Below are positions 12,701 through 24,607 of a stretch of 64,000 nucleotides of DNA, piece after piece. The DNA lies in NCBI GenBank assembly GCA_965112735.1, contig OZ218952.1, positions 5,766,001 to 5,830,000 on the forward strand. The letters run 5' to 3'. The stretch is from Phaeosaccion multiseriatum. Lineage: Eukaryota; Protista; Ochrophyta, other classes. Below the pieces are notes generated by a model that saw only the letters and a list, made by a program, of their open reading frames with translations, was not told the origin of the DNA and did no database searches. A program made the translations under genes and the position numbers. The stretch's first letter is position 1. Each line of letters begins with the position of its first letter.

Positions 12701-15700
12701 ACATGCCCACGGACATCACAATGGCCTCGCGCAGGGGGTCGATGGGGGGGTTGGTCACCTGCGAAGGAGGGGTAAGGTGGGGTGAGGAAGTGGTGGGGTC
12801 AGTCACTTGACGCGGGCCCTGATTGAGGCGCGCTCCTGTCACTTGGCACCGCTTGACACCGCTTGACATGGCCCTGAGGGAGCCACACCCCTGTCACTGA
12901 TGAGGCAATGCATTGCAATGCAAAAAGGCCGACAAAGGCCGACCTACTTGTGCGAAGCGCTGTTTGAAGTAGTCGAACAGCACGTGGGGCTGCTCACTGA
13001 GCACTGCGAGGGGGATGTCGTCTCCCATGGAGAAGGTGGTCTCCTTGCCGCTGCTGGCCATGTCTGCGATTTGCATGTCCACGTCCTCGCTGCTCCATCC
13101 GAAGGCGATCTGCGGTTGTCCAAGGGGAGAGCGCGGGGGGGGGGGAGGAGGGGGCCTTTAGGTCCGTCTTGTTTGTCCTGCAAAGAAGGAAAATAAAGTG
13201 AAACTGACTGACTCATGATCGCTCGAATCACCATTACCCGCCCAAAAACGCTCAGTACGTACCTGATTGGTGAGCAACTCCTGGCGCGTGAGCTCAGTCT
13301 CCTCCGGGAAGGGCAATGGCTGCAGCTCCGAGTGGTGCTTGGCTAGCCACTCCCCATACGGGCGCTCTTTAGCAATGCTCTGCTTAATGTCCCAGTTGTG
13401 GGAGAACTGGACATGACAACAAAAGGACAGACAGACGGACAGACAGACAGACAAAGACACAGAGGAAGGAATAAGGTTTGAGCTCTTGATCTCACACGAA
13501 TAAACAAAGCGAGATAGTCTCTCTCTCTCTTGCCTCTCACCTTGCCCTCCTTGAGGTCGTAGGCGATCATCTGTCCGGGCCCGAGCCTGCCCTTCTCGAC
13601 AATCTCAGACTCGTCGATGGGCACCACCCCTGTCTCGCTCATCATGCACACCAAGCCGCCTTTGGTCACGAGGTATCGCGCCGGCCGCAGCCCGTTGCGA
13701 TCCAAGCACGCACCGACCTAAGGGGAGATGGGAGAGGGGAGAGGGGGGCGGACGAGGGGGGCACAAGAAAGGCAGGAGGACACAAGAGATACACTTGGCG
13801 GTTGAGTCTGCGTTCATTGCTGAAGAATGTATGGCTGGAGAGCGCCCCCCCCTTCCCTGCCTCTCCCCTCACCCTCTCACCTTCTTTCCGTCACTCCACA
13901 CGAGAAGCGCCGGGCCGTCCCAGGGCTCCTGCATACCCTCCCAGTAGCGGTAGAAGTCCGAGACCTCCTGCTTGTCTGCCAAGGCGGGTTGCGACTCGTA
14001 CGCCTCAGGGACCATGACCATGAGCGCCTCCAAAGGAGACTTGCCTCCCTCCACGAGCAGCTCAAACACGCTGTCGAGGTTGGCGCTGTCGCTCTTTCCG
14101 TAGTCCACAAGCTCCTCGAACTTCTCGTCGTCCTGCGAGGAAGGGAGGGCGGACGGGCGCGAGGAAGGAAGGAAGAAAAAAAGCTCCCTCGCTCAGTGTC
14201 CCCCGCCAGGCACGACATTGACCTTTCCCTTTACTATTGACTATCGACCAACTACAGAGCGTCACATTGACACACCAACCTGAATGTCGCACGTGTCGAT
14301 AAACTCCTTGAGATCCGTGTTGAGATCAAACTCGCACTCGCTCTTCAAACCCCCTTCCCTCGCCCTTGCCCAGTTGACATTGCCCACCAAAGTGTTGATC
14401 TCTCCATTGTGGCCCAGCATGCGCATGGGCTGCGCCAGGGGCCACTTGGGCATGGTGTTGGTCGAGAAGCGACGGTGATACACAGCAAAGTTGGACAGGA
14501 AGTCAGGGGACTTGAGGTCCAGGTAGAACTCGCCCAGCGCCTGTGTGCAGAAGTCGTGTGCAGGAGTCAGGGTCAGTGTCAGTGGTCGGGGCAGTGGGAC
14601 GACGACGACGTGAGGAGACGGGCCTGCCTGCCTTGCTTGAAGGGCCCGGCTGGGTCTCTGGGCGCGACTACGTTACTCACATTGGCGTTGGTCATGCCCT
14701 TGTACACGATAGTGCGTGCAGAGACGGAGCAAAAGTACATGTCCTCGGTCCAGTCCAGCCTGCGCACACACGCACACACGGGATTTCGGTCCAAGGCCAA
14801 GTCAGTGGGCAGCAAATAGGGCCGGCGGGGGGGGTGGGGGGGGGAGATTGGAGAGGGAGCATGCTCACTTTTCGTCGGCCAGGCGTCGAGCAGCCATCCT
14901 CCTCAAGAGATACACAGCTCTGTCCAGCGAGTCCTCCGAGATGTCGCTGCTGACCACGAACTGCACGATGCGGGGAAGGTTCTGCAGGCTCTGGGGACCC
15001 AGGGGGGCCTCGTCCACAGGCACCTGACGCCAGCCGTGGAACTTCATGCCCTGGCGGGAGAACTCCTCCTGCACCATGTCGTGGAGGCATGCATATATTG
15101 TTTTGGGTAGTTCACAGAAGACGAAAAGAGGTAAGTGAAGGAACACTGCTGTGCAGCTCTGCTTGCTCCTTGCTGGGCAGACCTCTCGTACCTCAATGAC
15201 CGCCTGGCTCCTCGCCGCCTTGGCCTCGTCCCTGGGCAGAAAGACCATTCCCACCGCTCGATTCAGCCGGCTGATGGACGTCACCTAGAGGGAGCGAGAA
15301 AGCCACGCTCAGCCATGGGGTCAGGTCTCTCCCATCAAGCAAGCCTCGTCTGTCCTGTCCCTCACCTCTTCCCCAAAGTCCTTCTCAATCAGGTCCCAGG
15401 GGATCGCAGTCATGATACCTGCCCCGTCTCCAGACCTGGAGGAGATTCACAAACAACAGGTTCGCTCTTGGTGAGGCAAAGCAGGTGTGGGTGGGGGAGA
15501 GCGGCACTTGGTACTCACACTTTGTCGGCCGAGCATGCTCCTCTGTGCTCCTGCAGTCCAGTTCGTTGGGGATTGGGGGGAGGGGGGTACGTCAGGAGCA
15601 AGCAACTTGTAAATCATTGAGCAAGACCCCGTCGTACCATGCAGCCCAGCGCCCGAAGACTAAGCTCAATAACTTTGTGATTGAGCTCCCCTTTCGGGTT

Positions 15701-15994
15701 CGCCACAAAGCCCACGCCACAAGCGTCTCTCTCCTCCACCAGGGCGAAAGGCCCCGGCTCTGGCGATCCCGCCGCCGCCAGCAGACATGAGTGCGTCTCG
15801 CGCGCAGCCACCCGCGAGGTGGACTTAAACAGGGCTGGGGCCCTCGAGGGGGTCCCTCTGACAAGTCCCCTTCCACTCGGTCGCACAGCTATGGGACAGA
15901 AGGCTGAGCATGGTCGGGACAAGCTGCTACTCAAGCTAATGACAAGGACGGCTCTAAGCAGCAGGGACCCTTGGGGTGAGGGTGGGGACCCCAT
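7521..15994 (-). CDS. gltB: Ferredoxin-dependent glutamate synthase (Fd-GOGAT), plastid precursor, multi-exon
   Basis: Mature N-terminal catalytic Cys in DACGVGF. Also [62 protein letters not shown], the [3Fe-4S] motif [16 protein letters not shown], and the C-terminal GXGXG domain with no NADH beta-subunit. Signal peptide ends SRPCSA-FCP (ASAFAP-like). The start could instead be ATG 16033. Confidence 0.97.
9582..9628. repeat. 14-bp intronic tandem repeat (GAGCAATCAATGCC) x3
   Basis: Three exact copies plus a partial copy, read directly inside a GOGAT intron. Confidence 0.9.
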
Positions 15995-16146
15995 CGTAAT
16001 TTTTATGGCGGTGGGTGGGCCGCCTTTCATCATGTCGGCGGATGGCACTAGATGGCTGGTGATCTTTCCGTTCCCCTCATGGCACAGCAAATCTTTAAAT
16101 CTTTAACTAGCTCCTCCTTGGAAGCGCCGAGGAACGAGGAGGGGCA

Positions 16147-19100
16147 ATGGAGGCTTTGATTATAAGGGCTTTGAGGTACAGAAGAAGTTGTGGTGAAGCC
16201 CTCCTCCCCCATCACTCTTAACTTCGCAAACGTTATATCTACCCCCTCTCTCTCTGCATCGCGTCTCTCTCTGTCTTGAAAGACCTCTTCTTCGCTACTT
16301 TCTCTCCCCCAGCACTCTTAACTTCCCTGAACTTCACGCTACATCTTTTTCTCCCTGTCTCTCTCTTTGTACACCTGTTCTTTGCTGCTTTCTCTCCCCC
16401 AAACTCTTCCCTTCTCACACGTCTTTTTATCTTTTCCCCCCTTCCCGTCCTCTGTCGCTCTCCCTCTCTCTCGCTCTCGCTCTCACTCTCTCCTCTCCCC
16501 CCTTCTCTCGCTCTCGCTCTCCCTCTCTTCTCTCCTCCTCTCCCTCTGTCCCTCCCTCTCTCCTGCCTCCTCTGCAGCTCTTACTTGGAGAGGTATGTCG
16601 TTGGCTGGAGGCGGGAGAATCTAAGTATGGCACTACTCTCCGGCAAAGGGACGATCAATAATCTCGAGATCAATTGCTCCGCAATTAATGCCTTGATACA
16701 AGAGGAAACACCGCTGGTCCAGCTCCATAAGATCCACGTGGATCGTCTTAGCTTTCGTGCCCCTCTCTCTCTTCGGAGGCTCAAGTCGCAGCCGATTACT
16801 ATTACAATCAACGAGATTACGGTGGAGATTATGGAAAGTACAGCTTTTGTGGCCCCGAAAGCAAGGCCACCGGCGAAGAAAAAGTAAGGGCAACGGACAG
16901 AGAGAGAGGGGGCGAGGGGGGGGTGAAGGGGGGGGGGAGAGGGAGAGGGAGAGGGAGAGGGAGAGGGAGAGGGAGAGATGCAGAGAAAGAGGAAGAGACA
17001 GAGCCACGAAGGGAGTGGGAAAGACATGGGGAGAGGAACGGGTCGAGAGGCAGAGGGAGAGTGGATGTCGAGAGAGAGGAGGTCGAGAGAGAGAGCAAGT
17101 CGGGAGAGAGCAGGCCGAGACACAGAGAGAGAGGGGGGTGGACAGAGAGGGATGGAGGGAGAGAGGTGCAGAGAGAAGAGAGGTGAGGGAGGGAGAGTCG
17201 AAAGAGAACGACTGCGAGACAGAGAACCCCGTTTTTTTTTGTCTTGTGTCTTCTGCCTCTCACTCTCTTGACTTTCCCCCCTCTGTCTGCAGGGGGCACA
17301 AGTACGGGATCGCCGACCGGATAGGAGACAGCATTGAGTTGGAGGTGAACAAGATTGTGCTCTCGTTCAGCACTCTTGGCATGCGAAAGACGTCGGAAGC
17401 AGGGGAGTGGACGCCCCCTACAGCAGTAGCCGAAGTGAGGGACATTAGATTCAAGACAGTGGACGAGCACGGCCAAGAGAGGCCACTGGCCTCGTGTCTG
17501 GCGTTTCGGAGTGGGGAGAAGGAGAAGCAAAGCAAGAAGAGGGGGAGGAGCAAGGCGGCAGCAGCACGGGGCTACTTTGACAACGGCAGGGACGTGTTCT
17601 GCTTCAAGAAGCTTTCTGTGATGCACTGCGACGTCTACCTCCTGGCCTTTGCGGGAAAGGACAAGCCGCGGAGGAGAGTGGATGTGCTCCAGCCGATGCC
17701 TGTGGAGTTATTTTTTACGATGCGTAAACGTCGATCCACGAGCGCACTTCTCGGGCTGCAGATCGATGTAGTGATAGACTCGGCGGTGCTCGACTTTCAC
17801 GAGCCGTCGGATGAGGATCAAGGGTCTCTGCCTGCTTTTATGCACTTTGTCGTGGGCTTCGGCCTGTGTCTATGGAGGCAAGGGATTACAGACGCGATCA
17901 AGCAGCAGAGGGATCAGCAGCGAGCAGCTGCACTCGCCCCAGATGAGTGCGAGCCCCATCAAGACTCGCTCATGGCCTTGGCTACCGAGTGGAGTCAGAC
18001 AGAGGAGTCGTTGGGGGAGGACGAGGAGACGGTCGAAGAGGGGTGGGCGGAGGAGGAGGAGGAGGAGGACGAGGAGGAGGACGAGGAAGAGGACGAGGAG
18101 GACGGTGAAGGGGGGGCAAGTGCTGGTGAGAAGGCGTCTGGGGAGGGAGGTCGTGGTAGGATGGTGCTGCTCGTGACGGCAGCTTCAGCGAAGGTTCGAT
18201 TACACGCTGCAAGTGGCAACGTGCTCGAGCTCGCTGCTCAGGGCTTCGCTTTCGAGAATATGCAGGAGGAGGGCTGGGCACTGACAGAGACTTGCTCCCA
18301 GATGAATGTTCGATACGTGTCTCTGAGGACCTTGGAGGATGGAGCTGTGAAGGACACCCTGTTGGTTTTTGGGGGTATGGAGGAAGGAGCTACCGTCGTG
18401 TCTGATACGGCTGACTTCCCGGTCAAGCTCCCAATGGGCATCCGAGACTGGGAAGACGTCGCGGCCGAAGATGTAGACCGCAATCACCGACGGGGAATGA
18501 CAATGAAGATCCTCACGTGCTGGCCTCCCCCGCCTCCCCCCGGGGTGGGGATGGACCTTCAGATCGCATTGGGGTCGCCGCTTAAGGTCGTTGGAGACTC
18601 GGTGGAGTGGTTTAATTGGCTTTGCCTTTTCGACAGGAGTTGGGATTCGCGATGGACGAGCGGGGCTTACGAAGGTGCCCCAGGAATCTTGGAATCGACC
18701 ATAGGAGACGGTGTCCTCAACGCGGAGGTTCGATGCGTGGAGGGAGTGGAGGTGGAGGTGCCGCCCTGCTCCAACGCTGGCCTGGGAGGAAGTGGACTTT
18801 TTCTTCGGGTAGGGCCTCTGGCACTGGCGAGCCGCCCCGGCCTGGGCTCCCTTTGGGGCATGGCTGACGGGGGCGCGCAGGGCCTCAAGAGGGAGTTAGA
18901 ATCGGGGAGTGCGCTGGACTACAACCCGCTGTCGCAAAGGGAATTCGCTGAGCTTGCGTCTGTGGAGGACAAGGTGTTTCTGGATGAGAAGGGCCAATTG
19001 CTCATGCCCCGGAGGGTGCGTCTGCTGATGTGCGGTGCGTCGGTCCATGCCAAAGATTGGGCAGGAGGCGAGCAGGAGTTGCACCAGCTCCTTGGCTTGG

Positions 19101-22100
19101 GCCGTGTGGAGATGTCTCTGGCCCTCACTAGGGACTTATTGGCTGAGGCGCACAAAGTGCCCGCTGGGGAGCTGGGGAGAAGGGAGACCCACCCCCCGCA
19201 TGTGGAGGGTCAGGCTGCGGGCCTCCTGGGGGCGGGGGACATCTCTGGCAGCGGCAGCAGTTCTTGCGCACACCAATTGTACGATACAGAGAAGGTGCAA
19301 GACGATTACTTCACGGGCATGGGCAAAGACTCTCTGCTCTCCACGTGCATAGGCGTTGAGCACATGACCCTCTCAACAGACATCTTGGGGCTCTTGAACA
19401 CGGCAACCACCTTGGTGGGACACTTTCGAGCCGTCCAGACACAGCAAGAAGCCCCAGCGGACCTTTCTGAGCAGCAGCAAAGGGGTGCCGTACGGCTTTC
19501 GTTACGCACCAAGGAGATCAGGGTGGCTCTCGCAAACCAGCGGCAGAAAGACTTTGAAGAGAGCGACAGCGAGGGAGACGTTTGCTCTACGCTTGCAGAC
19601 GCCAACCTTCGCGGGCTCTGCCTGCTTGTCGCTCTTGACAAAGAGGAGCTGTCTGCAGGAGCCACCTGCACAAGCGTCTCTGTGTGCAGCGCCGCCCGCC
19701 CTTTGGTAGAGATTGGGGACATTCAGTTGTATGTGCACTGTGACGAGGAAGGGCTGCTGCGTGTATCGGCTGTCGTCGCAGGGGAGGTTGGGGTGACGCT
19801 GTCGCTGCTTCCCATACAAGAGCTGGTGACGGGCCTGCGTTTGGGACTGAGAGAGTGGGTACCGTGCAACATTCTTGTTCCCAAGGGGGAAGGCCCGGGC
19901 GACGTTGAGACTTGTGGAACCGTTCTCGAGGGCGTTTGGCGAGCGTTGCGAGGAGGTGAACGTCCGCCAACAAAGCCCAGCAACAAGAAAATCCCAGTCG
20001 GAGACGTGCATGTTGCCCGAGTCCGGGTCCATTTGGGGGCTGACTCGACAATCACGTTTGAAGCGAGAGATGCCAGAGCGACTATGGAAGTGGAAGGACA
20101 GGCCAGCGACGCACGAGAGGCACCCGCATCATCAGACCCAAGAGCAGTGTGCTGTGCATCAGCTCTCTTGCAGGCTATGCATTCGTCCGGGGCAGTGGTG
20201 TTGGAGCCCACCACCACCAGTGTGTCTGCAAAGCTCCTTGGAGATAGCAACGAGGCACAGCGGGGGTTGGCATTGAAGGTTGCAGATTGCACCCTATCGC
20301 CACGGTTAAAGTTTACTCTGCCGGACGAAATGGGGGGGGAGGCGATCCTGGAGCAAGTGCGGGGGCTCCTCGAGGCCGTAAGAGGTGGACCGGACGCGGG
20401 CGCAAGAGGACTGAGTTTGCGCAAGCAGGCAGCCGCGAGTACGCCCCCCACGGAAGGTGCTCCTTCGGCGGCGGAGAAGGAGACTCCGAGCGACAGGCTA
20501 AAGGAGGGCTTGGAGGAGGCAGCTTCCCATCTAGGAGCGGCGTGTGCGAGGCTTGGAGACTTGCAGCAGGGACTGGTCAAGCGCCGCCACCAGCGCTGTT
20601 TCGAGAAAGCGGCACATGCACAGCGCCTTCTCCAAGCTTCCCTCGGGACTCGGGCTGCGTGTGCAATGTTGGCTGCTGAGAAGGCAGGCTGGCTGAGAGT
20701 GGGGCCTGGGAGCCTAGCTGATCTCAGGGGCTCGAAGGTGGGGACGCTGCGGAAGTACTGGGCGGTCTTACCTTGCACACAAGGCGCTCCGCTGCTACTC
20801 TACGCTGCTCCAGGGTCAAGAGCAGTGCAAAGCTCGCTTCCCTTACCCGACGCACACTCCTTCTCTTCGGAGCTGCCCATTCGGATGCATAGGGGAGGAA
20901 CTTACAACCCCCTGCAAGCCATGCTGCTGGCCTTTCACAATGCAGAGGAGGTTTGCCTTGCCTGCGACTCTCCTGAAGATTTCTCGGAGTGGGTGCAGGT
21001 GCTGCAGAGGAGGGTTTTGGCGGCGGGAAGCAGCAGCACAGTAGGGGCAGCAGCAGCAGCAGGGGCGGCAGTAGTAGCAAAGCGCCGTCCCAGCGGTGCG
21101 AGTTTCGGGGAAGGCAGCAGCTTGCCCCAGCGTGAAAAGAAAGGCTTATTCCGACGCAAGGCAAAGGCGGCGTCTCCGAGAACGAGTTTAGGGGACAAAG
21201 CAGTGGAAGAAAAGGTGAGCGTGTCGGCGGTGGTTGCAGCGACAGTGCCGCCATCACCAGCACCAGCACCAGCACCAGCGCCAGCATCACGCCCACCACC
21301 ACCACCGACACTCGTGTCCCTTACAGTCAACGTCACCAGCCCCCCAATGAGTCAGGCTCCGCCTCCAACTGAAGGGGAGTTTGAAGTGGAGACTCTGGAG
21401 GCGCGCCCCTTGATGGCAGACCTTGGTAATGGCAGCAGCAGCAGCAGCAGCAATGGTGGTGGTGGTGGTGGTGGTGGCGGTAGTGGCAGTAACGGCAGCA
21501 GCTGCAAGCAAGAAGATATCAGAGACAGAACGACGGTCACAAGGACCTGGGCGGACGTCTTGGAATTGCACAATCGCCTTTGTGAGGCGGTTCGGCTTGC
21601 AGACGGTTCGTCGGCAGAGCAAGAGGAGGAGAATGCATTTGCATGTGTGCATGCGGGAGAGGCTCTGCTTGGCATTCGACACTCAGACAAAGGGCCTTGG
21701 CAGGGCCTGGCCTTGCAGGGCTACCTGCGTTGCGTGGTGCACTCCGGTATCCCGAGCAGAGCCTGCCAAGAGCGGATATTCCAGTTCTTGGGCATCAGGC
21801 AAGGAGGGGGGAAGCAGCAGCAGCAGCAGCAGCAGCTCAGGGCTTGGGCGGCTCCGGTGCCGTTTGAGGATGAGAAGGAGCTAGTGCAGGAGCTGGGGCT
21901 GCAGCTGACCAACGCACGAGAGGCCTTCGCAAGAGCGCGTCTCAACCATGGCCTGCAGCAAGCGCTGGTTGAGGGGGTGCAGAAGGAAGGGCACACGCAC
22001 GGGAAGGCGTCGAAAGACCGCGTGTCCTATCTGCTGGAGAGATTGGACCAACTAGAGCACGCCCTGATTGCTTCTCAAAGGGCCGAGAGTAGCGCCCGAA

Positions 22101-22918
22101 AGGACGTGGCGGAGGCCCAGGTGACAATGACGCTCCTCTCCGAGCAGAACGCGGCGCGGCTGCAGGCAGCAGAGGAGCGCAACGAGCGCCAGCCGAGCGG
22201 TGGCTCTCTAGCGGGCAGAGGTGGCGCCCTCGCGGAGAGAGGAGGCGGCCGTTTGGAGGGCGCTTCCTCTCCTGCGGGCGTTACTGAGGCTTCTGACTAT
22301 TTGGGGCCGGCAAAGAACTTTTCCTCACGCGTGACTTCGCTGTATGAACAAGTGAGTGGGACGAGTAGCAGCAGCGGAGGAGGGAACATGCAGGCTATCG
22401 TCTCCTCCATAACGGAATCTGTCGTCCGGCTGGAGCAAGAGTTGAAAGCAGAAAAGCAGTCCAATGCGGAGCTGTTGGGGAGCACGGCGGCTGCGCTGAC
22501 GGAATCCCGTCTCGCCACAAACGACCTTGCAAGACGCGCGGAGGAGGGAGAAGAGCGCATGTCCGAGCTGCAGCTCGAGAACGCCCGATTGAAGAAGCAG
22601 CTCGAGCAGGAAAGGACGCTGCGCTGCGAGCTGGAGGACTCGAAGGAGGCGCTTCAGAGGACACTGGGGAGTTACGACCAAGTCGTGAAAACACTCTATG
22701 GGGGTGAGGGAGCAAAGGGGGAAGCACCTTTACTGAAGCAGCAGCAGCAGCAGCAGCAGCAGGAGCAGCAGCAGCAGCAGCTGCTACTGCTTCAGCAACA
22801 GCACCTAGAGGACGGCAAGCCCCCCAAAGCGCGTCGCCTCAGCGGTAGGCTCTCGTTCAGGGGGATGAAGACCTTCCTCCAACTGAGCAAACACGACGAA
22901 GAAGCCGAAATATCGTAA
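16147..22918 (+). CDS. Bridge-like lipid transfer protein (BLTP3/UHRF1BP1/VPS13-type chorein-N) with C-terminal PH, PX-like and coiled-coil regions, 3 exons
   Basis: Exons 16147-16175, 16578-16883 and 17293-22918 join in frame. They give MEALIIRALSSYLERYVVGWRRENLSMALLSGKGTINNLEIN...LKSQPITITINEITVEI (chorein-N) and KYGIADRIGDSIELEVNKIVL (BLTP3-like). PH pattern KAGWL...RKYWAVL...LACDSPEDFSEWVQVL. Confidence 0.75.
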
Positions 22919-23124
22919 AACGTTTTTGGTGGTGAGGGAGAGGGATGGCTGCTCTTCAGCCCTATCCTGAAGCCTGGCATCACTACTGCCGCTTGGAAAA
23001 GTTCTGTTAATACATCTGTCTATTTTTTCTAAGAGTCTGTAGCCTCTTCATGGTGGTGCTTACGCGAAGGTGTATCAGCCCGCTTCCCTTGCTGTCATTC
23101 TAGTCTATTGTTGTGTGGTGCGAC

Positions 23125-24185
23125 TCACTGCGCAGAGGCCTGCACAGGCAGCGGCTCGCCCTCCGGCACAAAGCGCAGTGCGGCAGCGTTCATGCAGTAT
23201 CGCAAGCCGGTAGGCTTCGGGCCATCGGGGAACACGTGCCCGATGTGTGTGCCGCTCCTCCTATCGAGTACCTCAGTTCGCACCATGAAGCTGGGGAAAC
23301 CCAGGTCCTTCGGGTCTACTCGCTCAATAACGTGGCTAGGATCGATAACCTGCACAAGGAGAGGAAAGATTAGGTATTGCTTGGAGTGGGAGGAAACAGC
23401 AGCAGGCCGCAAGAGGGAGCGAAGAGAGACAAGATCACTTACCTTCGAGAAGGAGGGCCAGCCCGTGCCTGAGTCGTACTTCGCGGAGCTGTCGAAGAGC
23501 GGCACCCCGCTTGCCTGCACAGCCCGAGACATTAAAAATAGGATTAGAGATACAAGTCCAGCAAGGAAGGGCGAGGAGGTGTGGTGTAGTTTGTGGCCCT
23601 AACTCACCGCGCTAACCCATGTTCCTTTCTCCTTTGTGTCATGCGAGTATCCGTTCACGGTCTTTCCAGAGAACGCTCTTTCCGTTCCAGCCTGTATAGG
23701 AAGGAGTACAAACACACGTTCACTCAGGTCAGGGGTGAAGGGAAACATGGGCCTTGCCATTGTCTTGAGTCCCCTGCTCTCCCCTTACCTCGAGTAAGAC
23801 CTTCTTCTGAAGCTCAGACAAGCCCGCCACGGCCTGCTTGACTTCTTCCTTAGACATTGGGGTCAAGTCGTACCCGCTTTTGCTCTTCGTCTGCGCAGCA
23901 GAGGCGAGCTGGGGAAGCGCCAAGGCTGACACAGCGGCCCCTGACAGCGCAGCGATGCCCCCCTTGATCGCCGCTCGCCGAGAAGTGAGAGGAGAAGGCT
24001 GATGGTGCTGCTGGACGCTCATGTAGAGCCCCGTGGGAAGGAAGGCACGTGCTCCTGCTCAGACGATTAGCCACGGAGGGATACAAAAGTCAGAAGGAAG
24101 GAGAGGGGAGGAAACGGAGCAAGGTTTCCTCACCATTGACGAGCAGACAAAGGGACACCACCAGGAGCAGGGATTGAGAGGACAT
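23125..24185 (-). CDS. msrB: Peptide methionine-R-sulfoxide reductase MsrB, plastid (probably thylakoid lumen) precursor, 5 exons
   Basis: Motifs [31 protein letters not shown]...[21 protein letters not shown]-terminal signal peptide ends NGARA-FLP and is followed by an SRR twin-arginine segment. Confidence 0.93.
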
Positions 24186-24607
24186 GGTGCCAAGGGAAGG
24201 GAGATAGAGAGACAACACTGTAACTGACGAGAGAGAGAGAGAGAGAACAGGAAGAAGAGGAAGAGGGGGAGAGTGCGTGGGTGTGCCAGTTGGTGATATA
24301 GAGTCACAGTTGGGTCGTCGACGTTTTTGCTTATGCAGAGCTGTTTTCTTCATTTACCCATGCCCCTGACGCTCCAGCGGGCCCGACACGAACGATCGAT
24401 TCGCCCTGGCTCGTATCAACTTTATTCCGATGGGGAGGACTGACGAGTCGGAGGGACACGACCTCGGGGGCTAAGTTCCCCGGGGCGATACACAAATTTA
24501 CAAAAATAGATGGCACTTAATATGTCCTCACACACACAAAAGGAAGGCAGAGTCAGGGTCAAAACGCCGTCTGTTTCTTCTTCCCTGCTTACTGAGGCTC
24601 ACTACTA

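Noticed and set aside
16757-17292. N-terminal RE/RG-rich part of the 2053-aa ORF
   Set aside because: It is read-through of a purine-rich intron (GT at 16884, AG at 17292). The real N-terminus is the spliced chorein-N domain.
23125-23260. Selenocysteine-type MsrB
   Set aside because: The catalytic codon is TGC (Cys), with no in-frame TGA.
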